The notes under the pieces: generated by a model | Database searches by the model: none | What the model was told of the DNA's origin: nothing | Seen by the model: only the letters and a program-made list of their open reading frames with translations | Position numbers and translations under genes: made by a program | Shown here: piece by piece, positions 37,550-51,173 of the stretch | Layout of the letters: the number at the start of each line of letters is the position of its first letter | Numbering within the stretch: position 1 is the first letter of the stretch | NCBI RefSeq assembly: GCF_020745735.1 | Contig: NC_083410.1 | Span: 3,942,117-4,006,116, forward strand | Direction of reading: 5' to 3' | Length of the DNA stretch: 64,000 nt | Source of the DNA: Hemiscyllium ocellatum | Lineage: Eukaryota

Positions 37550-40500
37550 AGACCCTGAGACTGTAAGAAATAGGAACAGGAGGAGGCCACTCTGCCCCAC
37601 AAGCCTGCTGTGCCATCGAATAGGATCCTGACAGATCGACATTCCTCACGACCACTTTCCTGTGATTTCCCTGTAATGCTGTTTCCCTGACTAATCCAGA
37701 ATCTCTCTGTCTCAGACTTCAATATACACAAGGATAGTGCCCACTCACAGCTTTTGGTAGCAATGAGTTCTAAAGATTCACAACGCACTGACAGAAAAAA
37801 ATTCCTTGTCACCTCAGTTTTAAGTTGGTGCATTGTAATTCTGAGACTGTGTCCTCTGGACTTAGACTCTCCCATGAGGGAAATCATCCTTTCAGCATTG
37901 ACTCTGTCAAGCCCCCTAAGAATCTGATATTTTTCAATGAGATCACCTTTCATTCTTCGAAACGCCAGTGAGGAGAGACCCAACTTATATTTTTATTCAC
38001 TTGAGGAACGTGGGTGTCTCTGGAAGGACATTTATTGCCCGTCATGAGTTGCCCTTTAGAAGGTGGTGGTGAGGTTATAGAGTCACAGCGTCATAGAGAT
38101 GTACAGCATGGAAACAGACCCTTCGGTCCAACCCATCCACACCAACCAGATATCCCAACCAAATCTAGTCCCACCTGCCAGTACCTGGCCCATATCCCTC
38201 CAAACCCTTCCTATTCATATGCCCATCCAAAAGCCTCTTAAATGTTGCAATTCTACCAGCCTCCACTGTTTTTTTCTGGCAGCTCATTCCACACATATAC
38301 TACGCTCTGTGTGAAAAAGTTGCCCCTGAGGTCTCTTTTATATCTTTTCTCTCTCAACCTAAACCTATGCCCTCTAAGTTTGGACTCCCCAACCCCAGGG
38401 AAAAGACTTTGTCTGTTTATTTTATCCATGCCCTTCATGATATTGTAAACCTCTATAAGGTCACCCCTCAGCCTCCGACGCTCCAGGGAAAACAGCCCCA
38501 GCCTGTTCAGCCTCTCCCGAAAGCTCAAATCCTCCAACCCGGGCAAGATCCTTGTAAATCTTTTCTGAAACCTTTCAAGTTTCACAACATCGTTCCAATA
38601 GGAAGGAGATCAGAATTGCATGCAATATTCCAACAGCGTCCTAACCAATGTCCTGTGCAGTCGCAACATGACCTCCCAACTCCTGTACTCAATACTCTGG
38701 CCAATAAAAGAAAGCATACCAAACGCCTTCTTCACTATGCTGAAAACGTGTTGCTGGAAAAGCGCAGCATGGTCAGGCAGCATCCAAGGAACAGGAAATT
38801 CGACATTTCGGGCATAAGCTTTTCTTCACTATCCTATCTACCTGCAACTTCACTTTCAAGGAGCTATGGACCTACACTCCAAGGTCTATTTGTTCAGCAC
38901 ACTCCCCAGGACCTTACCATTAAGTGTATAAGTCCTGCTAAGATTTGCTTTCCCAAAATGCAGCACCTCACATTTATCTGAATTGAACACCATCTGCCAC
39001 TTCTCAGCTCATTGGCCCATGTGTTCAAGATCCAGTTGTAATCTGAGGTAATCTTCTTCGTTGTCCACTACACCTCCAATTTTGGTATCATCTGCAAACT
39101 TACTAACTGTACCTCTTATGCTCACATCCAAATCATTTATGTAAATGAAAAAATGTAGAGGACCCAGCACCGATCCTTGTGGCACTCCACTGCTCACAGG
39201 CCTCTCTTCAAAAACCCTCCTCCACCACCCTGTGTTTTCTACCCTTGAGCAAGTTTTATATCCAAATGGCTAGCTCTCCCTGTATTCCATGAGATCTAAC
39301 CTTGCTAACCAGACTCCCATGCTCTAACAACTTGCCAACCACCGACGTCAGGCTCACTAGTCTATAGTTCCGTGGCTTGTCGTTACCACCCTTCTTAAAC
39401 AGTGGCATCGCATTTGACAACCTCCAGTCTTCCGGCACCTTACCTGTGACTATCAATGATGCAAATATCTCAGCAAGAAGTCCAGCAATCACTTCTCTAA
39501 CTTCCCTCAGAGTTCTCGGGTACACCTGATCAGATCCTGGGGATTTATCCACCTTTATGCGTTTCAAAACATCCAGCACTTCCTCCTCTGTAATATGGAC
39601 ATTTTGCGAGTTGTCACCATGCATTTCCCTACATTCTATATCTTCCATATCCTTTTCCACAGTAAATACTGATGCAAAATACTTGTTTAGTATTTCCCTA
39701 TTTCTGCAGCTCCACACAAAGGCCACCTTGCTGATCTTTGAGGGGCCCTATGCTCTCCCTCGTTACCCTTTTGTTCTTAATGCATTTGTAAAAACTCTTT
39801 GGATTCTCCTTAACTCTATTTGCCAAAGCTATTTCATGTCCCCTTTTTGCCCTCATGATTTCCCTCTTAAGTATATTCTTACTTCCTTTGTACTCTTCTA
39901 AGGATTCACTCGATCTATTCTGTCTATACCTTACATACGCTTCCTTCTTTTTCTTCACCAAACCCTCAATTTCTTTAGTCATCCAGTAATCCCTATACCT
40001 ACCAGCCTTTCCTTTCATCCTAAAAGAATATACTTTCTCTGGATTCTCATTATCTCATTCCTGAAGGCTTCCCATTTTCCAGCTGTCCCTTTAGTTGCGA
40101 ACATCTGCCCAAAATCAGCTTTTGAAAGTTCTTGTCTAATACCATCAAAATTGGCCTTTTTCCAATTTAGAACTTCAACTTTTAAATCTGGTCTATCCTT
40201 TTCCATTACTATTTTAAATCTAATAGAAGTATGGTCGCTGGCCCCAAAGTGCTCCCCCACTGACACCTCAGTTACCTGCCCTGCCTTATTTCCCAAGAGT
40301 AGGTCAAGTTTTGCATCTTCTCTAGTAGGTGCATCCACAAACTGAATCAGAAAATTTTCTTGTGCACACTTAACAAATTCCTCTCTGCCTAAACCCTGAA
40401 CACTACGGCAGTCCCAATCTATGTTTGGAAAGTTAAAATACCCTACCATAGCCACCCTATTATTCTTACAGATAGCTGAGATCTCCTTATAAGTTTGTTT

Positions 40501-40760
40501 CTCAATTTCTCTCTATTAGGGGGTTTGTAATATAATCCCAATAAGATTATCATCACTTTCTTATTTCTCAGTTCCACCCAAGTAACTTCCCTGGATATTT
40601 CCAGGAATATCCACCCTCAGCACAGCTGTAATGCTATCCCTTACCAAAAATGTCACTCCCCCTCCTCTCTTGTGTCCCTTTCTATCCTTCCTGCAGCATT
40701 TGTATCCTGGAACATTAAGCTGCCAGTCCAGCCCATCCCAGAGCCAAGTTTCTGTATGCC
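37550..40760 (-). mobile_element. CR1 LINE copies (3' end 37550-37990; long internally deleted copy 38085-40760)
   Basis: Minus ORFs: GYFNFPNIDW, SDHTSIRF, PRNYRLVSLTSVVGKLLE, SSGVPQGSVLGP..FADDTK, LERFQKRFTRILP. Confidence 0.92.
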
Positions 40761-41830
40761 GCCTTGAACTGCTACAGTCCATGTGCTGTAGGCAGACCCA
40801 TAATTCCCTTAGGAAGGGAATTCCAGGATTTTTTTACCCATTTGGTCAAGTGGAAGGCATTCCATCACACACCTGGCCCATGCCCTGTAGATGGTGGACA
40901 GGATTTAAGGAGTCAGGAGGTGAGTTACTTACCACTGCATTCTGAGCCTCCGACTTGCTGTTGTAGCCACTGTGTCTATGTGGTAATTCCTGGCGAGTTT
41001 CTGGTCAATGACAATCACAAGGTTGGTGACAGTGGTGGATTCAGTGATAGTAATCCTTTTGAATAGCAGGGTCAGTGGTCAAGTTTTGTCTTATTGGAGA
41101 TGGTCATAGCCTGGTGTTTGTTTAGCATGAATGCCACTTTTCCCTTTCCAGCCCAACCCTGGATATTTTCCTGATCTTGTTTCATTTGAACATGTACAGC
41201 TTCAGTATCTGAGAAATTGTAAATGGTGCTGAATTTGTTTAGCCATTGCTCGTAGGACAATCACTTGGTATCAGGATCATCCAGTGAACATCTCTGATGT
41301 GCCACCAATGAATTGATAGCTTTACTTAAAAAGAGGAACAAAATGTTCACTGTGCTCTAGATGTGGTCTCACCAGCGCTTTGTGGCACGGCAGTAAGATG
41401 TCCTAACTCTGATTGGCTAACCTCATTTAAATAAGGCCCAGAAGGCACAGCAGGGACTGAATGTACAGTTACATTGCTTGAATAAAGGGCAGCTCCTGAT
41501 ACCAGCTTCCAGCTTCAGACCTTCCCCAATCCCTGTTCCCACCAGAGATTCCGAGCTCCTCATGGTTCTTTCTCCCTGTGATGTAATTGCACTGGAAGGA
41601 GTAGAGAGGATACTGCCTGGGATGGAGCACTTCAGCCATGAGGAGAGGCTGGATACACTTGCAGTGTTTTCTCTGGAGTGAGAAGGCTGAGGGATGACCT
41701 GACTGAGGTGTATAAGATGTTGAGGGGCATGGACATGTTGGATAGAAAGCATCTATTGACCATTTAATTCAAAGGTCAATAATGAAATGTACAATTTAAA
41801 AGTGAAATTCAGGAGTTTTGAGGGGATTTT
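40760..41830. mobile_element. CR1/L2 fragment (minus) and CR1 3' fragment (plus)
   Basis: FSDTEAVHVQMKQDQENIQGWA; LEGVERILPGMEHFSHEERL. Confidence 0.7.
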
Positions 41831-42262
41831 GGCAAGAATCACGGCTGGAGGAGGAGCGCCTCATCTTCCGCCTGGGAACCGTCCAACCACAAGGTATGAA
41901 TTCAGATTTCTCCAGCTTCCTCATTTCCCCTCCCCCCACCTTGTCTCAGTCGGTTCCCTCAACTCAGCACCGCCCTCCTAACCTGCAATCCTCTTCCTGA
42001 CCTCTCCGCCCCCACCCCACTCCGGCCTATCACCCTCACCTTGACCTCCTTCCACCTATCCCACCTCCATCGCCCCTCCCCCTAGTCCCTCCTCCCTACC
42101 TTTTATCTTAGCCTGCTTGGCTCTCTCTCTCTTATTCCTGATGAAGGGCTTATGCTCGAAACGTCAAATTCTCTATTCCTGAGATGCTGCCTAACCTGCT
42201 GTGCTTTGACCAGCAACACATTTGCAGCTGTGATCTCCAGCATCTGCAGACCTCATTTTTTA
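41830..42262 (+). mobile_element. Neptune-type Penelope 3' end
   Basis: SRLEEERLIFRLGTVQPQGMNSDFSSF; pLTR with hammerhead. Confidence 0.9.
42138..42165 (+). ncRNA. Minimal hammerhead ribozyme motif
   Basis: CUGAUGA-A-GGGC(UUAU)GCUC-GAAA-CGUC. Confidence 0.7.
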
Positions 42263-42790
42263 CTCGAAGAATCAATGGGCTGAAAGGCCTCTTCTCTGCT
42301 ACATCAATCGATGGCTCTGCCTCAGCTGTGGGAGCTCATGTCAAGCGAGCCTCTCCACTTTCGCCGTGCTCAATGTTGATTGGCTCCATTTAACCTGGAT
42401 GTGCATGCCCTTTTGTGATCATTGGTTCATTCCCAATCCCTGGAAGATTCCCCTGCAGATGTAGCACCTCACAAAGCAATCTCCCTGACTCTGCTCACCC
42501 AGCCCGATGGCACTGACACACTTGTGAGTCAAATGGATCTAGTATTACTCATTCTCCAGGAAAAAGTTTCACATTTTCCACAAAGTTCTTCTCCCACTGT
42601 CACAAAAAAATCCCTTTTTCCCAAACATACCACCAACATTGAACCTGAGCTCAGCCTCCTCCCCACAGTGAATCCATCCCTAAGATCACTTTGCATCACC
42701 TCCTCAATCTTTTTGATCACAAGCTGACTGCCAATTCATTCACTGGACACAGTTCTTGCTGGTGGCGATTGTCATGTAAACTCTACTTCC

Positions 42791-43134
42791 TGTCTACAAT
42801 GAGCTTGCTTCCTTCACAAGGGACATTACCCAAAACACACAGTAATAAACCCCAGTGTCTCTGGGCTGCATGTTTGTGATGGTCAAAATGTAGCTGTTAC
42901 TGGAAGGCTCTCTGGAAGGCTAGAAATGCTCAGTGAATCGTGGATACCATTCTGTGATTTTCCTCACATCATGTGTTCAAATCCAGATTACCATAATCAG
43001 TCTTTCCAACCGATACCAGCGAACATCGGTGCATGTCACTGCAGCGTTCCTCATGATGCACGGTAACCAAGCAGTGTGACGGTTGGTGATGCATTCCAGG
43101 ATCGGAAACTGGAGAAGGACTGGGGCATTCACAT
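42791..43134 (-). pseudogene. Germline-joined VJ-type V exon, pseudogene; inverted paralogue of 61065-61409
   Basis: DVNAPVLLQFPILE..PCIMRNAAVTCTDVRWY..I*THD..F*PSREPSSNSYILTITNMQPRDTGVYYC; 344 nt (1-nt deletion); donor mutated GT>GG. Confidence 0.92.
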
Positions 43135-43649
43135 CTTCAAAACAAAAAAAACAATAAATGAACCAGAGTCTGATTGTTTGGTCTTTTCCACAGGCACAGG
43201 GTGGCTGAGGGAAATGGGGTAAACTGGGCAGATTGGAGACAAATGCAAGGGTCACAAGGTGTGCCCCCCCAGCTCCAGGTAGAGGACATGAAGCCAGTGA
43301 TGCTCCCAGGGTCAGGCCGAGGGAACTACAACTCAGTTAATGAGTCAGGGTGGGTCCCACTGGAAGGTTATGTCCTCTTGTCCAGCAATATTCCATCCTA
43401 CTTCAGGGAGATGGAGGAGGAGATGCAGCACAGATTTGAAGGAACACCATTCTTGGTGAAGAATGAGACTCCAGCCCAGCAATATCTGGTCCTGGATGGA
43501 AGATCAATTTGGTGATGACAACAAGATAAGGAGGAAAGTGAGGTGTCAAGAGGAGAGAGAGAGATAGGTGAAGTGAATGGGTGAAATGTGGCAAATGGAG
43601 TATAATATTGTAAAATGCAATATGGCTCTTTTGTGGGAAGTGTAGAAAT

Positions 43650-46590
43650 TTTTGAGTAGTTTGATCAGAAGAATTAGAAAAGGAGTAGGCCATTCAGCCC
43701 TGTGAGCCCGTCCCACCATTCAATGGAATCGTAGAGCCACAGTGTCATAGAACACAGAATCAGAGCCTTCGGTCCAAACAGTCCATGACGAACATAATCC
43801 TAAACTAAACTATTCACACTTGCTCTGCTCCTGTAAATATACCTCCAAACCTTTCCTATTCATATACTTATCCAAATGCCTTGTAAACACTGTATTTGCA
43901 TCCACATCCACTACTTCATTGGGTAGTTCATTCCACACTCCAACTACTCTCTGTGTAAAAACATTGCCTCTCTTATCTTATTTAAATCTCCCTCCTCAAC
44001 TTAAAAATGGGTTCCCTAAGTCTAGAGATCCCTCATCCTCAGGAAAAGACAACTCTCATTAACCCTATAAATATCTCTCCTTATTTTTCACACAACACCA
44101 GGTTATAGTCCAATAGGTTTAATTGGAAGCACACTAGCTTTCAGAGCAACGCTCCTTCATCAGGTGATAGAGCCAGGGAGTGTTATGTGATTTTTAACTT
44201 TGTACACCCCAGTCCAACATCGGCATCTCCAAATCATCTCTTTATTTTATAACCTGCTATCTGGTGACCTCCCAACCTGTTATGCTCCAGTGAGAAAAGT
44301 CCCAGCTTATCCAGACTTTCCATAGGCAACAACATCTTGGCAAATCACTTCAGAACCATCTCCAGTTTAGATTAGATTACTTACAGTGCGGAAACAGGCC
44401 CTTCGGCCCAATAAGTCCACACCGACCCACCGAAACTCAACCCACTCAGAACAATTCCCCTACATTTACCCCTTCACCTACGGGCAATATAGCATGGCCA
44501 ATTCACCTAACCTGCACATTTTTGGATTGTGGGAGGAAACCAGAGCACCCAGAGGAAACCTACGCAGACACGGGGAGAATGTGCAAACTCCACACAGTCA
44601 GATGCCTGAGGTGGGAATTGAACTCGGGTCTCTGGCGCTGTGAGGCAGCAGTGCTAACCACCGTGCCACCGTGCCACAATATGCTTCCTATAACTGGGTG
44701 ACCAGAACTGGACACTGTATTCCAGAAGAGGCCTCACCAATATCCTGTGCAACCTCAAATCATTGTTGTCCCAACTCTTATAATCAAAGGACGAAGCAAT
44801 GAAGGCAAGCATGAAATGTCTTTTCTTGTTCCCACCCTGTCTACATGTGATGCAAACTTCAAAGAATTCTGTACCAGCATCCCGAGGTCCTTGGCTGAAC
44901 AAATATTCTTCACATCCACTTTCCAGCTCTTCCCTGGAAACTGATCATGAAGCTATCTATCTCAGTCTTAAACATACACAATATCTACTCTCACAGCTCT
45001 CTGGAGCAAGGAGCCCAAAGGCTCACATTCTTGTGAAAGAAGAAATCCATCCTCATCTCAGTCTGAAGCTGGTGCCCCTTAATTCTGAGACTGTGGCCTC
45101 TGGTCTGAGACTCTCCCATGAGGGGAAACATCCTGTCAATTTTATTGTGTCAAGCCCCTCAACAATCCTGTATGCTGCAAAGGGATCACCTCTCATTCTT
45201 CTAAACTCAAGTGAGTAGAGTCCCAATCTGATCAACCTTTGCTCAAATGACAATCCCTCCATACCAGGGATCATCCTCGTGAACATTCTCTGAACTGTTA
45301 TCAATGAACTAAATCTTTCTTTAAATAAGGTGAACCAAAACTGCTGACAGTACACCTGATGTGGTTTCACCAGCATCTTGTCCAGTTGCAGTAAGACTTC
45401 ATAACTGTAACCCCCTTGAAATAAGGGCCAACATTCCATTAGCCTTCCTGATTACCTGTTAACCCTGTGTGCTAGCTTTCTGAGTCTTGTGCACAAGTTT
45501 ACCAAAGTCCTTTTGTGTTACAGTTTTCTGCAATTTGTCTCCATTTAAATCATATTTTGTTCTTTTGTTCTCCCTTCCAAAATGAATAACTTCATATTTT
45601 CACACATTATGCTCCATTTACTGGCTTTTTGTGCATATTCTTAAATTATCAATATTTTTGTAAACTGTTTGTATCTCTCTCGCAAACTGCCTTTTTACTT
45701 ATTTTCGTGTCATCTGCTAATATTCCTACAGTAGATTCACTTCCTTTCTCACAGTTATTAACATAAATTGTAAACAATTGTGGTCCTAGCACTAATCCCT
45801 ATGAAACCCCACCAGTCACGATTGACAACCTGAAAATGAACCCCTTATCCCTTTTTGTTGTTTCCTGTTCATGATTCATTTCTCTCACCACAATAACATG
45901 CTCCCTCCAATATCGTGGATTCTTATCAAATGAATTAACCTTTTGTGAGGTACCTGACCAAATGCCTCCTGGAAGTCTAAACACAAAACATTTACCAGTT
46001 CACCTCTCTTCACTTTGGCTGAGACTTTTTCAAAAAACTCAAATAAATTAGTCAGACATAATTTCCTTTTCATGAAGCCATACTGACTCTACTTGATGAA
46101 ATTATGATTTTCAAAATGTTCTGGTATTAATTCCTTAGTATGTTGATGTGATTTTTTTCTCCATACAAGGGGAGAGGCTTATCCTGATTGGAGTTTCGAA
46201 TGAAAAGGAGATTTGAAACATCTCAGTTTCTTTGGGCCTTGACAGGGTGAATATGGAGAGGAGGTTGTTTCCCTTTGTGGGAGTGTCTGGGACCAGAGGA
46301 CAAAAGCTCATAGGAATGGGTCTGTGATTTAAAATGGAGATGAGGAGGATTTTCATCTCTCAGAGGAAGTGAATCTGAGGAATTCCTTACCACAGAAGAC
46401 TGTTGAGACTGAGTCCTGAAGTAACTTAGAGTCTGATAGCGACAGATACTTAATCAGGAATGGAATCCAGGGTTATGGGGAAAAGGCAGAAAAGTAGGCA
46501 TGGGGACGATCAGGGCAGCCATGATCTCACTGAATGGCAGAAACAACTCAATGAGCTGAATGCCCTAACTCTGCTCCTATCTCCTCTGGT
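43650..46590. mobile_element. Nested CR1 fragments with HE1 SINE (44366-44676, minus) and fold-back Penelope end (44090-44235, hammerhead 44135-44163 minus)
   Basis: CR1 motifs RILVRPLLEYSVQFWSP, LCLTNLFEFFE, DFQEAFGQVPHKRL; SINE head at 44640-44676. Confidence 0.8.
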
Positions 46591-47462
46591 CTTAAGGTCT
46601 AGTTGCGTCATGTAACAGGCTATTGGATGGTTATTTAAATATAAACCATGTGTAGGGTGAAGGGGAAAAGGCAAACATTGGCAGTAAGTGAAAGTGCTCA
46701 GAGATACAATGGACCTCCAGAAGGCTTCTTTCTTCATCAGAATGTTCCTGCGATTTTGAGAGCAGTAAGATTCCACTCTGTGCAGTAAATGTTGCTTCCC
46801 TTTTCTGTTTCCTGGCCTCGGTTTGAAGCTCTTGTTCAGAAAAGACAATCTTATCTTAGGCAAATTGTTGAAATCACAGTTCCTGCAGTTATCCTCTCTT
46901 CATTCCATAGATGGTGAAATCCCCAGGTTGTTCCACCGTCTTGTCTGTCTGTCCACTAAACAGCTGGAAAATGGTGGGAACAGAGGGGGATGTTGTGCAC
47001 TCTCAATGAGTGTGAGGGGACAGCTTGAGAATATAGAATTAATGTGAATATCAGCGTGGCTCTATTGGTGACATTCACTCTGAATCACAAAGCTGTAAAT
47101 TCACCAACTTTGTAAAACAGGAGATTGCCTTTCAAATCCACCCTAACGAGACCCAGTGAACACAGACTAATCTAATCCATTCCAAATCCACACTGTAATG
47201 GTGCAGCCTGCCTCTCAATCACATTCTCCCAGTAAATGAATGACAGAAAAGGTTGGGAGGAACCCTCCATTTTCTGGTGTGTATTCCCAGCCGGCAGAGC
47301 TCTGTGTCAGTTACGCCAAACAATCTCCATACAGTGATAAATTCTCCTTGTGACATTCCTCTCCAGTTCTCAATGTTCAAACCTATAGAATTCACATAAA
47401 CTCCACAGCAGCACAAACCATAGCAAGGTATTTTATGTTCAGCTAAACTTCTCTGAAGCAAA

Positions 47463-47645
47463 CACAGCAAATAGAGTTCACTGATCATCTCAACAGCGAC
47501 AACCCTGTGTACCTACATAATTTAATGTAAGTCCAGTTAATACATCGAAACACAAAGTTTCCCAGCCAACAGCAGATTCTTTCATCACTCGTTTCTCAGG
47601 AATTAAGAAAATTGGAATATCAGTAAATAGAAAATTCAGTACGGT
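47463..47645 (-). pseudogene. Promoter block and truncated leader exon of the minus-strand V gene
   Basis: Reverse complement aligns to 51895-52078; ATG at 47488; the 32-bp segment with the leader 3' half and GTAAGT donor is missing. Confidence 0.75.
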
Positions 47646-48299
47646 TCTCTAGTTTCTGATGGGGGACTGCAGTTTGAACACATTCCTTATTCCATTTCTT
47701 GTTTTTCAATGTTTTTCTTTAACTTCTTCTTAACCCTTTGGTGAACAGACATTACTGAGTAAGCTTCCATGAAATCAATCTTATATTTATTGTTTATGAA
47801 TTGTTGTCAGTGAATTTACCCTGTGAATTATACATCGACAGTTACATTGTCATGACTCCCTGAATGTCAAGCCCACTATTCCAGGAGTTGTTGCAATGGG
47901 TAGAAATTTATTTTAATATTTCAAAGGTCCCAATTTGCCTGTTTGTGAATCTCAGGGTAAATGCAAACACAAACCAGGGAACTGAACTGAACAAGATAAA
48001 CCTAAAACTGATTGCAAACTGTTTTTTTTCACCAATGCAGAGAGAAAACACAGTTTATAACTGGATTTACCATGTCTGAATTTCTCCTCTTCCATATGAA
48101 GGCAGTCACACAAGACAGACCAGACATGGCTGTTAAGGGAAAAAAAGGAATGTAAACATCAGGGAAACACAATTCAGTCACATCAATGTGGACCAGGAAT
48201 TAAATGAGTTGCTTGCCTTCTCATCATTTCAATTCAGATTTGGTAGTTTTGCTGTGAACATGAAGTTACATTCAGAAGGCTTTTGAGAAGAAGCAACAG

Positions 48300-49990
48300 A
48301 AGAGATTAATATGAAAAATTAAAGCCCATGAGATTGGGATGCAATTAAATGGATTGTGAACTGATTGGCAAACAGGTAACAAAGAGTCAGAATAAATGAA
48401 TAATTTTCTGAGAGGCAGACTGTGATTTGTGGGGTACTAAAGGGATCTAGCTATTCACTATATCGATTTATGATTTAGAAAAATGAACTGAGTTTAATTT
48501 CTCCAAGTTTGCAGGTGACAGAAAGCTGAGTGGGAGGGTGAACTGTGAGAAAGTGTAAAGATGCTGCAGTGTGTTTTGGACAGGCTGGCTGTGGGTAAAT
48601 GCATGACAAATAAAGTATAATGTGAAGAAAGATTATTGAAAGCAAAGAGTAGGAGTAAAAGGGTGTCTCACACGAAGACAGACTGTTCCTTGTGGCATAC
48701 TGCATGGCTCAGTGCAAGGCCCACAGTGTTCAACAGCTGGAGAAATGGTTTGGATGTGGGGCCCAATTGAAATGGTTCCAAACTTGCTGATGGTAGAAAA
48801 AGTAGGTAAGATTGGAAGCTGTGAGGAAGATGCAAGGATGCATCAAGTGGCCAGGCTCAGTGAATGGGAAAGGATAAGGCAGGTGGAAAATAATGTTAAT
48901 AGATGTGAAGATAGCTACTTTACCAAAGGAAACAGAAAGGCAGAATATTTTAAAATATAATTTGGAGATGCCGGTGTTGGACTGGGGTGTACAAAGTTAA
49001 AAATCACACAACACCAGGTTATAGTCCAACAGGTTTAATTGGTGTTTTTGAACTCAGAGTTCGACATGAATGCTCAAAAACTGCATGCCTTCATGTAGAA
49101 CTCTAAGCTCAAAAACTGCATGAATTTATGTAAAACTCCGTTATGTCACTTTTTAGATTAGAATCAATCTAAACATCATGGCATAGACAGAAAACATAGG
49201 GGGCCAACGCCTTCAACATATTGTCTACTATTACCATTGTTAACAGCTAACCCGAGAATGCAACTTTTTTAAGAAAAGGTTTTGTGATTTACACATGAAA
49301 GAGGTGCAACTATCAGATTCTAACAGATGAAAGACTTAACAGGCAGTCAATTTTTCAATGTATAATTTCAGTTACATCACACTGTAAATTTTTGCTATAA
49401 ATTCTGTGTGTTAGGATTGAGCCCTCCACTACCACCTGATGAAGGAGCGATGCTCCGAAAGCTAGTGTGCTTCCAATTAAACCTGTTGGACTATAACCTG
49501 GTGTTGTGTGATCTTTAACTTTATTTTAAAATAGTGAGAGTTTGGGAATTGTTCTGGGTTTCCTGGGACCTGGGTTTCTGTGTTTATGACTCATGAATAG
49601 TCAGCATGAGGCTGCAGCAGTCACTAAGGAAGGCAAATGTTAGTCTTCACAACAAGGGAGTAGAGTCAGGAGTGAGGATGTCTTGCTGAAGTTGGACAAA
49701 GTATTGGGGAGACCACACCTGGATTGTGGACAGTTTGTCCCTGAATGTAAGGAAGCACAGACTTACCATCAAGGGAGTTGTATGGAGGGTCAGCAGAGTA
49801 ATCCCTGGGATGGTGGGTTTGTTGGATGGGATAAAGTGATATTCAAGATAGGAATTGAAAGATTACTAGAAGCCAATGAATCAGGGTATATGGAGATAAT
49901 GAAGGAAAGTGACACTGCAGAAAATGAACAAACATAATTGAATTGATGGGCTGAATGGTCTACTCCTGTTTGTATCTTCCTTAGTCTTTG
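48300..49990 (+). mobile_element. Decayed CR1 RT/3' fragments
   Basis: CR1 motifs at 48330-48950 and 49530-49980, split by a Penelope insertion. Confidence 0.65.
48958..49521 (+). mobile_element. Non-coding Penelope-like pLTR element with inverted 5' arm and hammerhead
   Basis: 12-bp TSD TATTTTAAAATA (48946-48957, 49522-49533); inverted arms about 48990-49040 / 49472-49521; CAC-CUGAUGA-A-GGAGC(GAU)GCUCC-GAAA-GCUA-GUG at 49433-49467. Confidence 0.85.
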
Positions 49991-51173
49991 TCTCTTGGAC
50001 TAAGGGAATGAATGATGGGACATAAGAAGGGGAGTAACCAGGGCAGGTGTGTGGAAGTGTTTAGATTAGGACAAGGACATCTCAGGTGGAGGTGATCCCA
50101 GCTGAGGTTGTTCCAGTCAAGTCTGATATAGAGTGAGGTCTGTTGCGATTGATTTTATTTTGTTGTTTTTTATTTAGTATGTTGGTTTTTCACTGAAATT
50201 AAAGCCTGGAGTGCTCGTTGCTCCAACATTTCATCCAAAGGGGACCATGTTGGACCTGTACTCATCCCATTACCTCCAAAATTGGACATTCTGAATTGCC
50301 CCACAGTTGGAGAAATCAGGCCTGACAGAAAAGTGGCCAAACTAAATTAAAGAGTAGCCAGCAGCTGTCGGCTTCAGAGAAGCCAAGATCAAATCAGTCA
50401 CAAAGGTTCAAGAGGAGCAAGTTACAACCAGACCAAGAACTGTGTATTTGAGGAGTATCTCTGGTAACTTGACTGCCTGAGTGTGTAGAGAAAGTGAGGA
50501 CTTCCTGAGTGCTTGCACATTACACCTCCCAGTATAACAATAGGGAAGGGTGTTGACAAATCACATTGGATGACTTAAATCCAGCTTATGATCCCAACTG
50601 CCAAAGGCCATAGATATATTTGGAAGATCAGGGCAAGGGGGGACAAAAACACATCTGGACTCCACCACCTCATGAGGACACAGAGAAACCTCAATGAGGA
50701 CAAGGAGAAACCTCAGTGAGGACTCAGTGATGATTCAATGAACATTCATTGAAGACTCAGTGAAGACTTGCAGGGAAGACTCACAGCAAGAGTCATTGGA
50801 GAAGGCGGTGAGGCAATCCAAGAAGACCCAGGAGAAGATTTGCCCTGACCTGTGAGACCAGCTTTGTGGAAGAGAGCCAGTAATACATCAGCAAGAAAGA
50901 AGATTCCAATGGCCCAGATCAAACATGTGGATCATTGTGGTGATATCTTTTCTCAGATGGATAGAACTAAATAAATGTTGGGAAATGATCACATGGTATT
51001 TTTAATAAGGAGAATTTTGTGAATGAAATTAAGTTGGACCACAAAATGATTTCTGTTGTTATGGACTGAATGAGACCACTCAAAACAGTATTAAACAGGC
51101 AGCTCAGACCATAACATTGCAACTTGTTTCAGTAAGTGTGCAGTGAAAATTACCCAGATTAAGTTAACTCGGT

